A DNA stretch of 64,000 nucleotides. It comes from an uncultured bacterium (GTDB lineage: Bacteria > Omnitrophota > Omnitrophia > Omnitrophales > Abzuiibacteriaceae). Location of the stretch: positions 34,715-98,714 of the forward strand of contig CAYLXA010000011.1 in NCBI GenBank assembly GCA_964387845.1. Reading direction: 5' to 3'. The translations under genes were made by a program, and so were the position numbers. Below, piece after piece: positions 38,545-48,107 of the stretch (position 1 is the stretch's first letter; each line of letters starts with the position of its first letter). The notes beneath the pieces were generated by a model. The model saw nothing but the letters and a program-made list of their open reading frames with translations. It had not been told where the DNA came from and made no database searches.

Positions 38545-39051
38545 ATGGAAAATATTTACCTCATTGGGATGATGGGTTCCGGGAAATCCACGACGGCGGT
38601 TGAGTTGGCAAAATTTTTGAAGTCAAAAACCGCCGACATTGATGACTTGATCGTCAAGGCCGCGAAAAAAAGCATCAATCAAATCTTCCAGGAAGACGGC
38701 GAGCCGGCATTTCGCGATTTGGAATCGAAGCTGCTTGGAGAAACGTCGCAAAAGAAGGCACAAGTGGTGGCAACGGGTGGCGGGGTTGTGCTGAAGCCGA
38801 AAAATGTGGAGCAAATGCAGGACTCGGGAACCGTTATTTATTTAAAAACCAGTTTTTCGATTTTATGGGAACGCGTGCAACACAATCAAAACCGGCCGCT
38901 TTTGCGGGGCGATTCTCCGGAAGCAGCCCTGAAACAGATTTTTGAGGAAAGAACGCCGCTTTATGAAAAGGCAGCGCAGCATGTGTTTTTGACGGACCAA
39001 AAAACACCGAAACAGGTTGCGCAGGAAATTTTTGAACGGTTATTCAAGTGA
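38545..39051 (+). CDS. aroK: shikimate kinase
   Basis: Walker A GMMGSGKST. 168 aa. Confidence 0.88.
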   Translation: MENIYLIGMMGSGKSTTAVELAKFLKSKTADIDDLIVKAAKKSINQIFQEDGEPAFRDLESKLLGETSQKKAQVVATGGGVVLKPKNVEQMQDSGTVIYLKTSFSILWERVQHNQNRPLLRGDSPEAALKQIFEERTPLYEKAAQHVFLTDQKTPKQVAQEIFERLFK

Positions 39052-39055
39052 ACTG

Positions 39056-40204
39056 ATGAAAAAAATCAGAGTGAATTTAAAAAACAGGCCTTACGACATT
39101 CTCGTCGGGCGTGGTTTGCTTAAGCAAGCCGGAAAACTCTTGAAATCGGTTGCTTCGGGGCGAAAAGTGTTTGTGGTTTCGAACCGGAAAATCGCAAAAG
39201 CAGCCGGAATTTTCAAAATCCTGAACGCTTCGCTCAAAAAGTCCGGCTTTGAAGTGATTTACCACGAACTGCCGAACGGCAATGAAAAAGATAAGTCAGA
39301 AACAGAGCTTCTCAAATTGTGGAAATCGATGGCACGCGCCCGGCTCGACCGCTCGAGCACCGTGATCGGATTGGGCGGCGGTGTTGCGGGTGATATTGCC
39401 GGATTTGCGGCGTCGACTTACATGCGCGGAATCAATGTGGTGCAAATTCCCACGACGCTTTTGGCACAGGTGGACAGCGCCATCGGCGGAAAAACCGGAA
39501 TTGATCTGACGAACGCTAAAAACATGGTCGGTACTTTTCATCAGCCGAAATTGGTGATTTCGGACTTGGATTTGGTGGCGCATTTACCGCTCGGTGTTCT
39601 GCAAGGTTCTTTTGCGGAAATCATTAAGTACGGCGTCATTCGGGACCCGAAATTATTTGAGCTTTTAGAGGCGTATGGTGAGGCATTTTTGACGCATGCC
39701 GCACAGAAGCGCCTCTCAGGCCGTGATTTTGCATTCTTGCAGAATGTCGTGGCCCGGTCGGCCAAAATCAAGGCTGAGGTGGTTGCGAAGGATGAATATG
39801 AGACAAAAGGGCTCCGGATGATCCTTAATTACGGCCATACTTTTGGCCATGCTCTGGAAGGTGCCTCCAATTATAAGCTAACTCATGGTCAAGCAGTAGG
39901 TTATGGCATGCATTTGGCGGCTTGCCTGGCTCATCGGTTAGGCCTGGCAGGGCCTCGTTTTGTGATCCGACAGGGCTGTTTGATCGAAAGTTTGGGCCTT
40001 TCGACCGACATTTTGGAGGTTGGCCGGAAAAATCGGTTGCATTCGAAGGCTTTAATTGATTTAATGCTTCGGGATAAAAAGACACGCAGTGGACGTGTTC
40101 GTTTTATCCTGCCGAGGCGAATCGGAAAAGTCGAGGTTGTGACGTTTCAAAAACCCGATTTGGCTTTGGTGCGGGATATTTTTAGGAAGTTAGGGATTCG
40201 TTAA
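39056..40204 (+). CDS. aroB: 3-dehydroquinate synthase
   Basis: GGGVAGDIAGFAA and the metal-binding HxxxH region. Start at the ATG 5 nt after the aroK stop. Confidence 0.9.
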   Translation: MKKIRVNLKNRPYDILVGRGLLKQAGKLLKSVASGRKVFVVSNRKIAKAAGIFKILNASLKKSGFEVIYHELPNGNEKDKSETELLKLWKSMARARLDRSSTVIGLGGGVAGDIAGFAASTYMRGINVVQIPTTLLAQVDSAIGGKTGIDLTNAKNMVGTFHQPKLVISDLDLVAHLPLGVLQGSFAEIIKYGVIRDPKLFELLEAYGEAFLTHAAQKRLSGRDFAFLQNVVARSAKIKAEVVAKDEYETKGLRMILNYGHTFGHALEGASNYKLTHGQAVGYGMHLAACLAHRLGLAGPRFVIRQGCLIESLGLSTDILEVGRKNRLHSKALIDLMLRDKKTRSGRVRFILPRRIGKVEVVTFQKPDLALVRDIFRKLGIR

Positions 40205-40338
40205 CGTTGAACGTGAAGGTTTGTCATGAAGGTAGTCAGGTTTGTGCTCGGCGTTGTGGTAGGGCTGGTATTTGTGCAGGTGATTAGCTGGCTGAATGCG
40301 ACGTACTTGTGGGCATATTTTTATAGATAAGGAGGGCT

Positions 40339-41469
40339 ATGCGGGACGAAGAAGCCATTCTTCTACTGTCTCAAACTAGCCTCCACGCAAAAAAGCTCAA
40401 AACGGTTTTTGAAAGCAAGATTCCGCTTGCGCGTTTTCTCGAATATCCTCTCCAATTTCAAAATCAGTTAGCCGGCGTTATTTCTCCGGAATTTTTGAGT
40501 TCGCTCGAACTTGCGAAATCGCAGTATAGGCCGGAGTCTGTCCTGGAGCGCTGCGCAGAACTCGGCGTTCAAATCATCGGTTACACGGATGAACGTTATC
40601 CGTCACTTCTCCGGGAGATTCATGATCCGCCGGCGCTCCTATATGTCAAAGGCCGTTTAATTCCGGAAGACCGGATTGCCATGGCGCTCGTCGGTTCGCG
40701 TTATCCGAGCGCCTACGGGATGAAAATGGCGCACCGGTTTTCTTATGAACTGGCGGAAGCCGGCGTCACGGTTGTCTCGGGGATGGCGCGCGGCGTGGAT
40801 GCCGAAACGCATCGCGGAGCGCTGAAAGCCCGCGGCCGGACGGTCGCGGTTTTGGGATCCGGAGTCAACGTGGTTTACCCGAAGGAAAATCAGAAATTAT
40901 ACGACGAGATTTCGGAGAAGGGCGCCGTGGTCAGCGAATTTCCTTTGGATATGAAACCGCTCGCTTTCAATTTTCCGATGCGTAACCGCATCATTGCCGG
41001 CATGTCGCTCGGCGTTTTGGTCGTTGAAGCGCATTCGAAAAGCGGTTCATTAATCACTTCATCCTTTGCAGCCGAAGAAAACAGGGAAGTTTACGCCATT
41101 CCGGGGCCTGTTGATGCGATTCAGTCGCGCGGAACCAATACTTTGATTCAGCAGGGCGCCAAACTGGTTCAATCTTCGGAAGATATTCTCACGGATTTGG
41201 AACTTGTGTTTAAATCGGACCCCTTATTGAAAGAAGAGGCGGTTGTGGACGGCGATCATTCTGATTTGGCACTCGATGATGAAGAGTCAAAAATTCTTTC
41301 GATTTATGAAGCTCGCGGAGTCCAAGAATTGATGCTGGAGGAAATTGAAAAAGAAGCCAATTTTCAGCCGAGGACACTTTGCAAACAGCTGCTTCAGTTG
41401 GAATTGAAAGGATTGGTCCGTAAGCGCCCCGGAGGACTATACGAAAGGGCTCAAGAAAACAGCGTTTGA
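40339..41469 (+). CDS. dprA: DNA processing/protecting protein DprA (Smf)
   Basis: AAGGAGGG Shine-Dalgarno upstream. Rossmann-like DprA core (VVSGMARGVDAETH) and a C-terminal winged-helix domain. Confidence 0.88.
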   Translation: MRDEEAILLLSQTSLHAKKLKTVFESKIPLARFLEYPLQFQNQLAGVISPEFLSSLELAKSQYRPESVLERCAELGVQIIGYTDERYPSLLREIHDPPALLYVKGRLIPEDRIAMALVGSRYPSAYGMKMAHRFSYELAEAGVTVVSGMARGVDAETHRGALKARGRTVAVLGSGVNVVYPKENQKLYDEISEKGAVVSEFPLDMKPLAFNFPMRNRIIAGMSLGVLVVEAHSKSGSLITSSFAAEENREVYAIPGPVDAIQSRGTNTLIQQGAKLVQSSEDILTDLELVFKSDPLLKEEAVVDGDHSDLALDDEESKILSIYEARGVQELMLEEIEKEANFQPRTLCKQLLQLELKGLVRKRPGGLYERAQENSV

Positions 41470-41533
41470 AAACGTTATTATCTTCAGGTATTATCTCTAC
41501 AGTTCAATCCATCAGTTATGAAAGGAGTTTGTG

Positions 41534-41944
41534 ATGAGTGAAACAATTCAAATGGGAAGCGGTTCGGCATCGGCTCCAAAGGGCAAGCGCTTTGCGGTAG
41601 CCATTATCGATCTATTCTTTATTCCGATTATTTTGGGCGTGGTTGCCGGCTTGATCCTGATTGCGGTACCTGAAGTTGTCCGTAACATTTTGCTGATCGT
41701 TCTCAACATCGGATGGTTGATTTTTCGCGATGTGGTGTATTCTCCGGGACGCAGCATGGTGGGTCTGAAGTTGGTCAGTCTCACGGGCGGAAAAGTGACA
41801 GTTGCTCAAGCTTTCATCCGAAATGTCCTCTTGATTGTGCCGTTTGTGCTGATTATTGGCTACATCGTGGAAATCGTCATGGTTTTCAGTAAGGGCAATC
41901 GGTTAGCAGACGGATGGGCGAAGACCCAGGTGGTTGCGGCTTAA
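41534..41944 (+). CDS. RDD family membrane protein
   Basis: AAAGGAG Shine-Dalgarno 6 nt upstream. Three TM segments with the R..D..D pattern (RFAVAIIDLFF..., FRDVVY). Confidence 0.7.
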   Translation: MSETIQMGSGSASAPKGKRFAVAIIDLFFIPIILGVVAGLILIAVPEVVRNILLIVLNIGWLIFRDVVYSPGRSMVGLKLVSLTGGKVTVAQAFIRNVLLIVPFVLIIGYIVEIVMVFSKGNRLADGWAKTQVVAA

Positions 41945-41961
41945 TTCAAAACTGTTGGACG

Positions 41962-41998
41962 AAAATGCCTTCTGATTAAGGTCAGAAGGCATTTTTTG
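41962..41998 (+). terminator. rho-independent terminator after the RDD gene
   Basis: Perfect 14-bp stem AAAATGCCTTCTGA / TCAGAAGGCATTTT with a 6-nt loop, followed by a TTTTTT run. Confidence 0.75.
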
Positions 41999-42012
41999 TT
42001 AAAGGGGAAGGT

Positions 42013-42387
42013 ATGGCCAAGCGGAAGGTGAATGTTAAAAAGATCACAGCAGATCAAGAGCTTCGGGAGCTCCGGCGCGAGCTCCGGCTGATGCAGCAGG
42101 ACATGGGGTATATGAAAAAGCATGTCGATAAGCTTTGGGAGCTGGGTACCGAGTCGAGCAAAAGACTCCAGGATGCCGAAGTCCAGATCAACCTCTTAAG
42201 CCGCTTGGTCGTGACTTTGGCCATTGAAAAGATGAATATGCGTCTTTCGGTTTTAAGGCGCATGATTCGCCGCATTGAGAAGGACGCTATTACAGATTCG
42301 CAAATCCAACAGCTTGAAAGTCTTTACAAGCTTGAACATCCGGCAGATGCTGATAAGAAATCCAAGGACGCTGAATCGGACGCATAG
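42013..42387 (+). CDS. hypothetical coiled-coil protein
   Basis: AAAGGGGAAGG Shine-Dalgarno upstream. Heptad-rich, charged, 124 aa. No recognisable enzymatic motifs. Confidence 0.5.
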   Translation: MAKRKVNVKKITADQELRELRRELRLMQQDMGYMKKHVDKLWELGTESSKRLQDAEVQINLLSRLVVTLAIEKMNMRLSVLRRMIRRIEKDAITDSQIQQLESLYKLEHPADADKKSKDAESDA

Positions 42388-42552
42388 CTGTCACAAGTTG
42401 TTTTATTTAAATAAGTTACAAGCACTCATTAACGTCCGATAATCCTCCCCTTTACAAATCTAACGAACTTCTATAGAATTAACCGTTTTTGTTTGGTCTC
42501 AAAATAACCGATATAAGTAGGGTTGCAGGATTTATCTGTCAGGATCGATTTG

Positions 42553-42756
42553 ATGAAACTCAGAATTAACGGCGATTGGATGGAGATCAAGGAAGGCCTT
42601 AACTTATCGGGCTTACTAAAAGATATGCAAATAGCGCCTCGGGGCGTGGCGGTAGAACTGAATAAACAAGTGCTTTCGCCGAAAGAACCATGGGAGAACA
42701 TCATGCTGAAAGAAGGCGATATGCTTGAAATTGTCCACGCTGTGGCGGGGGGCTGA
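42553..42756 (+). CDS. thiS: ThiS/MoaD-family sulfur-carrier protein (ubiquitin-like, C-terminal GG)
   Basis: 67 aa: MKLRINGDWMEIKEGLNLSGLL...IVHAVAGG, ending in Gly-Gly immediately before the stop. Confidence 0.65.
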   Translation: MKLRINGDWMEIKEGLNLSGLLKDMQIAPRGVAVELNKQVLSPKEPWENIMLKEGDMLEIVHAVAGG

Positions 42757-42761
42757 GCGGC

Positions 42762-44834
42762 ATGTCAAAACGTTTAGTGATCGTCGAATCGCCCTCGAAG
42801 GCTAAAACCATCAACAAGTTTCTCGGCAAGGAATACCAGGTTGAAGCCTCTTTCGGCCACGTCCGCGATTTACCAAAAAGCAAAATGGGTATCGAAGTTG
42901 CGGATAGTTTCAAACCGACCTACATCATTCCTTCCAAAGCGCGGAAAGTGGTAAGCCAGCTCAAAAAAGCCGCAAAAGGCAAGAAAGAAGTATTTCTCGC
43001 ACCTGATCCTGACCGTGAAGGAGAGGCAATCAGCTGGCATCTGGCGACTATTCTTGAAGATGACGGCCGCGTTATCAAACGCGTCGAATTCAACGAAATT
43101 ACGAAAGACGCCGTCCGGCGTGCTTTTGATCATCCGCGTGACATTAATGAAAAACTCGTGAATGCCCAGCAGGCCCGGCGCATTCTTGACCGCCTTGTCG
43201 GCTACGAGCTCAGCCCGCTTCTGTGGAAGAAAGTCCGCCGAGGTTTGAGCGCAGGCCGCGTACAGTCGGTTGCGCTGCGTTTAATTGTAGACCGCGAACG
43301 CGAAATCAAAAAGTTTGTTCCCGAAGAATATTGGTCGCTTCAGGCGAAGTTATTCACAGACCGCGAAAAAGACAAAGTTTTTACGGCCAAGCTCGACCGC
43401 ATTGAAGACAAAAAAGTCGAACTCAAAAATGAAGCCGAAACTTTAAAGATCAAAAATCTTCTCGAAACTTCCGATTTTAAAATTCATTCGATCGACAAAA
43501 AAGAACGTGTCCGCAGACCACAGGCGCCTTATACCACGAGCAAACTCCAGCAGGAAGCTTTCAACCGCCTTGGTTTTCCGGCGGCCAAGACCATGAAAGT
43601 GGCCCAAGGGTTATACGAAGGCCTTGAAATCGGCGACGAAGGAACCGTTGGTTTGATCACTTACATGAGAACAGACTCAGTGCAGGTTTCGAAAACCGCG
43701 GAAGAGGAAGTGGTTAAATTTATTCAAGACAGCTATGGAAAAGATTTCCTCCCGGAATCTCCGCGCGTCTATAAATCAAAGAAAGGCGCGCAAGAAGCGC
43801 ACGAAGCAATCCGCCCCACATCCGCCGCGCGTACGCCGGAATTAATGCGCCAATATATGGATGATGACCAATTTAAGCTCTACGACCTCATTTGGCGCAA
43901 ATTCGTGGCCAGTCAGATGGCGAATGCGGTGGATTTGGTGACGTCCGTTGAAATTGTCTCGGCCGAAAAATATTTCTTCAAAGCCAGCGGCACGACCAAT
44001 ATATTTCAGGGATTCGGAAAAGTGTTTGAGGAAAGACAGGTAAGAAAGAAACGCAAAAGCGCGGAAGCCGAGGAACAAAAAGAAGACGAAGAGGAAGAGC
44101 AGAGGGTGCTTCCCGAAATGCAGGAAGGCGAAAAGCTGAACCTTGAAGAACTTGTCGGTAACCAGCATTTTACGAAACCGCCTCCGCGTTTCAATGATGC
44201 GAGCCTTGTGAAAGCGCTTGAGGAAGACGGAATCGGCCGGCCGAGTACGTATGCGCCGACCATTTATACTTTGTTGTCGAGGTTTTATGTTCAGAGAAAA
44301 GGCGGCGCATTGATGCCGACCGATTTGGGTGAAACGGTGGTGGACCTTTTGGTACAGCACTTTCCCACCGTTTTAAATTTGGAATTTACAGCACAAATGG
44401 AAGCAGAACTGGATAAGATCGAGGAAGGAGAAATCGAGTGGGAGCAGGTGTTGAAGGATTTTTACGCGCCGTTTTTGGTGGATTTGGAGAAGGCCAAGGT
44501 TGAGATGCAGAACATGAAGATCGAACCGGTCGAAACGGATCAGATCTGTGAAAAGTGCGGGCGGAAGATGGTGATCCGCTGGGGCCGTTTCGGAAAGTTT
44601 ATCGCATGCCCGGGATTTCCCGAATGCCGCAACACGAAGGCAATCTCAACCGGTGTCAAATGCCCGCAGGAAAATTGCGGCGGCGAATTGGTCAAACGCA
44701 AATCACGGCGCGGCGGTCCGTTCTACGGCTGTTCCAACTATCCGACCTGCACTTATCTGGTCAACGAGCTTCCCAAAACCGGCGAGGAGTCGGCCGAAGG
44801 AAAGGCAGCTAGCGAAGGCAATCCGACTGCTTAA
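42762..44834 (+). CDS. topA: DNA topoisomerase I
   Basis: Toprim LVIVESPSKAKT, an active-site Tyr region, and three C-terminal C4 zinc ribbons (CEKCG..., CPGFPEC, CPQENCGG). Confidence 0.93.
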   Translation: MSKRLVIVESPSKAKTINKFLGKEYQVEASFGHVRDLPKSKMGIEVADSFKPTYIIPSKARKVVSQLKKAAKGKKEVFLAPDPDREGEAISWHLATILEDDGRVIKRVEFNEITKDAVRRAFDHPRDINEKLVNAQQARRILDRLVGYELSPLLWKKVRRGLSAGRVQSVALRLIVDREREIKKFVPEEYWSLQAKLFTDREKDKVFTAKLDRIEDKKVELKNEAETLKIKNLLETSDFKIHSIDKKERVRRPQAPYTTSKLQQEAFNRLGFPAAKTMKVAQGLYEGLEIGDEGTVGLITYMRTDSVQVSKTAEEEVVKFIQDSYGKDFLPESPRVYKSKKGAQEAHEAIRPTSAARTPELMRQYMDDDQFKLYDLIWRKFVASQMANAVDLVTSVEIVSAEKYFFKASGTTNIFQGFGKVFEERQVRKKRKSAEAEEQKEDEEEEQRVLPEMQEGEKLNLEELVGNQHFTKPPPRFNDASLVKALEEDGIGRPSTYAPTIYTLLSRFYVQRKGGALMPTDLGETVVDLLVQHFPTVLNLEFTAQMEAELDKIEEGEIEWEQVLKDFYAPFLVDLEKAKVEMQNMKIEPVETDQICEKCGRKMVIRWGRFGKFIACPGFPECRNTKAISTGVKCPQENCGGELVKRKSRRGGPFYGCSNYPTCTYLVNELPKTGEESAEGKAASEGNPTA

Positions 44835-44872
44835 ATCTGCAGGCGCTTTGCTCGGTCGGGCTGATCAAGTTC

Positions 44873-45769
44873 ATGTCTTCTAAGGAAACAAAAGAATCGT
44901 CTTTGGTAAACCGCTTTCTTCAATATTTAGAAGCCGAGCGGAACGCTTCCAGCCACACAATCAAAGACTACGGCATTGATCTCCGTGATTTTCTCATTTT
45001 CTCAAAAGAAAAAGATTTGGCTGCCCTCGATTATCTGGATGTCCGCCGCTATTTAGCGCTTCTCAAGGAAAAACAATACCAACGCAGCACTGTTGCGCGC
45101 AAGCTGGCCTGCCTCCGGTCGTTTTTTAAATTCCTCGTCCGCGAAAACATGCTCAAAGTCAATCCGGCAGTCGGTGTCGCAACGCCCAAACGCGAAAAGA
45201 AACTGCCGTCATGCCTTGAGCTTGAAGAAATCGAGCATCTTTTAGACGCGCCAAACGGCAGCAAATGGGAAGAAAAGCGCGACAAAGCTATTTTGGAAGT
45301 GCTCTATAGTTCCGGGATTCGCGTGAGTGAATTGACGGGCCTTAATCATGAAGACGTCGATCTGTTCAGCGGTATTATGAAAATCCGCGGAAAAGGGAAG
45401 AAAGAGCGGATTGTGCCGGTCGGCTCTATCGCGCTTAAATCGATTCAAGCCTACGCGGATGCGAGGCCGGCGTCAAAGAACGGAAAAAATTCGGATGCCA
45501 TGTTTATTAATAAAAGCGGTACGCGGCTCACGGACCGGAGTGTCCGCCGGATTTTGATTAAGTACGCGCGCCGGATTTCGCTCACAAAAGAAATCTCGCC
45601 GCACATGCTCCGGCATTCGTTTGCGACTCACATGTTGGATCGCGGCGCCGATTTAAGAAGCGTTCAGGAACTTTTGGGCCATCAGAATTTATCGACCACG
45701 CAAATTTATACGCATATTTCAACCAAACGGCTGCGCGAAGCGTACGACAAAGCGCATCCGCGAGCCTGA
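44873..45769 (+). CDS. tyrosine site-specific recombinase of the XerC/XerD family
   Basis: SAM-like N-domain. Catalytic R...HxxR...Y motif region (HMLRHSFATHMLDRGADLRSVQELLGHQNLSTTQIYTHI). Confidence 0.88.
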   Translation: MSSKETKESSLVNRFLQYLEAERNASSHTIKDYGIDLRDFLIFSKEKDLAALDYLDVRRYLALLKEKQYQRSTVARKLACLRSFFKFLVRENMLKVNPAVGVATPKREKKLPSCLELEEIEHLLDAPNGSKWEEKRDKAILEVLYSSGIRVSELTGLNHEDVDLFSGIMKIRGKGKKERIVPVGSIALKSIQAYADARPASKNGKNSDAMFINKSGTRLTDRSVRRILIKYARRISLTKEISPHMLRHSFATHMLDRGADLRSVQELLGHQNLSTTQIYTHISTKRLREAYDKAHPRA

Positions 45770-45773
45770 CGCG

Positions 45774-47063
45774 ATGTTGTTTCGCTTGTTGTACAAAGCA
45801 GCTCTTTGTTTATACGGTTTGGCTTACTTGCCTCATTTAATCATGCGGGCAAAGCAGGAGCCCGATCAAGGCCGCTTTTTGAAAGAACGGCTCGGAAATT
45901 TCGCGCAGGATTTCGGCGGTGCGCCGTGGATTTGGATTCATGCCGTCAGTGTCGGTGAAGCCATGGCGCTCCGAAAATTTCTCGAAAACCTGCAGGCGCG
46001 TTTTCCGGAGTTCCGGATTTTAATTTCGACCACGACGCCGACAGGCCAGAAAATCGCGCAAGGTTTTAAAAACGAAAAAATCCGCGTGGTTTATTTTCCG
46101 CTGGATTTCCGGTCAATGATGAAACGCGCAATTGATGCGGTAAAACCGCGCATGATTGTTTTGATGGAAACCGAAATTTGGCCGCATCTGATTGATTTGG
46201 CGCATGAACGGCGGATTCCGATCGGCATTATGAACGGACGGATTTCGGAGCGTGCTTTTAAGAAATACCGAAAGATTAAGTTCTGGATGTCGCCCATTTG
46301 CGCCAAGCTTTCATTTTGCCTGGTACGTGAAAACGGTGACCGGGAGCGTTTTCTCGAGCTGGGAGTTTCGGTGGATAAGATTCAAGTGACGGGCAATATG
46401 AAATATGACGTTGATGCGGAATTAGATGCAGCCGCGTTGCGTGAATTTCAGACAGCGCTCGGACTTCAAAATGAATTGCTTTGGACCTGCGGCAGTACGC
46501 ATGACGGGGAAGAGGCGGTTTTGCTCGAGGTATTTTCGAAATTAAAGGAGAAATTTCCGAAGTTGAAGCTGATTTTAGCGCCGCGCCATCCGGAACGTGC
46601 ACTTCAAGTATTAAATCTGGCAAAAAATGCCGGATTTCAAGCCGTGCTTTACAGCCGGAGGGAATCAGCTTTTGATGTGTTGGTGGTGGATCTTGTGGGG
46701 CTTTTGCAGAAATTTTATGCGGTATCGAATTTGGTGTTTGTCGGCGGAAGCTTGATTCCGCACGGCGGGCAAAACCCGATTGAGCCGGCTCGCGAAAGTA
46801 AGCCAGTGCTTTCCGGGCGCCATGTTCACAATTTTGAGCAAGTGTTCGAACAGTTGGAAAAATCCGGAGGTGCTGTTCTGGTTTCCGGATCGGAAGAATT
46901 ATACAAGCACGCTTTATCGCTTTTAACGGATCTGCCCAGAACGAAAGAAATGGGTGAGCGTGCTTACAAAACAGTTAACGGATTAAAAGGCGCTTCGCAA
47001 AGAAATTTGCAGGCCCTCGAACCTATTTTGCGTTCAGCAGAAAAACTTGAGGTGGTTACATGA
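45774..47063 (+). CDS. waaA: 3-deoxy-D-manno-octulosonic acid transferase (Kdo transferase)
   Basis: GT30: WIHAVSVGEAMA and GGSLIPHGGQNPIEPA motifs. Confidence 0.88.
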   Translation: MLFRLLYKAALCLYGLAYLPHLIMRAKQEPDQGRFLKERLGNFAQDFGGAPWIWIHAVSVGEAMALRKFLENLQARFPEFRILISTTTPTGQKIAQGFKNEKIRVVYFPLDFRSMMKRAIDAVKPRMIVLMETEIWPHLIDLAHERRIPIGIMNGRISERAFKKYRKIKFWMSPICAKLSFCLVRENGDRERFLELGVSVDKIQVTGNMKYDVDAELDAAALREFQTALGLQNELLWTCGSTHDGEEAVLLEVFSKLKEKFPKLKLILAPRHPERALQVLNLAKNAGFQAVLYSRRESAFDVLVVDLVGLLQKFYAVSNLVFVGGSLIPHGGQNPIEPARESKPVLSGRHVHNFEQVFEQLEKSGGAVLVSGSEELYKHALSLLTDLPRTKEMGERAYKTVNGLKGASQRNLQALEPILRSAEKLEVVT

Positions 47064-48094
47064 CGACAAAGAATTATTTTAAGTCAATTATTGAAGGCAG
47101 GCGCAACGACGCCGACGCTTCGTTCTGGAAACCCTTGCTGTCACTGGCAAGCCGTTTGTACCGGACGGCGGTCGAGGCGCGCAAGTCGTTTTACGACAAA
47201 AAAGTTTTCAAATCCAAAGCGCTTCAGATTCCGGTGATCAGTATCGGAAACATCACCTGGGGCGGCGTCGGGAAAACACCGCTTACGCAATACATCAGCC
47301 GGTTTTATTTGGACCAAAAGAAAACCCCGCTCATTTTAACGCGCGGTTACGGTAATGACGAAACGCGTGAGTTCCAGACCAAGGTTCCGGAAGCGCTTTT
47401 GGGCGTCGGTAAAAACCGTTTTGAAGTGGCCAGTCAGCTGCTCAAAAGCCAAAAAGCCGATGCTGCGATTTTAGACGACGGTTTTCAACATTACCAGCTT
47501 GCGCGCGACCTTGATATTGTGGTGATAAATGTGCTCAATCCTTTCGGAAATGAAAAACTCATTCCGCGCGGTATTTTGCGCGAACCGCTTGAAGCGCTTG
47601 ACCGGGCGAATATCGTTGTATTCAACGATGTGAATTTAATTTCGCGCAAATCATTCGAATCCATCCGCGACCGCGTGAAACAACTAGCGCCGCGCGCGGA
47701 ACTGATCGAAGCGCAGCATGAGCCGCTCTACTTTTATTGGGCAAAATCAAAAGCGCGCATGGACCTGAACAAGGTCAGCGGAAAGCCGGTTACGACATTC
47801 TCGGGCGTCGGAACCCCTCGGTCATTTCAGCTTTTGCTTAATTCCTTGGGCGTGAAAACCGTCCGGAATTTTGAATTTTGTGACCATCATCCGTTTTCGG
47901 AAAAAGAGCTCCAGGAAATTCAGGAGGTCAAACGGTCAAGCCAGTCCGAGTTTGTCATCACGACCGAAAAAGACCTTCTCAGAAAAGAAGAGCTGATCAC
48001 AAACATCCTAGATCCGCTGGTTTTAAAAATTTCGATGCGCATCACGGTCGGGGAATCGATTTTGCAGGACCGTTTGCGGCACATTTTGCGTTAA
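47060..48094 (+). CDS. lpxK: tetraacyldisaccharide 4'-kinase
   Basis: P-loop GNITWGGVGKTP. ATGA overlap with waaA. Confidence 0.88.
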   Translation: MTTKNYFKSIIEGRRNDADASFWKPLLSLASRLYRTAVEARKSFYDKKVFKSKALQIPVISIGNITWGGVGKTPLTQYISRFYLDQKKTPLILTRGYGNDETREFQTKVPEALLGVGKNRFEVASQLLKSQKADAAILDDGFQHYQLARDLDIVVINVLNPFGNEKLIPRGILREPLEALDRANIVVFNDVNLISRKSFESIRDRVKQLAPRAELIEAQHEPLYFYWAKSKARMDLNKVSGKPVTTFSGVGTPRSFQLLLNSLGVKTVRNFEFCDHHPFSEKELQEIQEVKRSSQSEFVITTEKDLLRKEELITNILDPLVLKISMRITVGESILQDRLRHILR

Positions 48095-48107
48095 AAAGGA
48101 GAAAAGC

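Noticed and set aside
42388-42552. Possible TPP (THI-box) riboswitch upstream of thiS
   Set aside because: The THI-box core elements (CTGAGA, ACCTGATCTGGATAATGCCAGCG) are absent.
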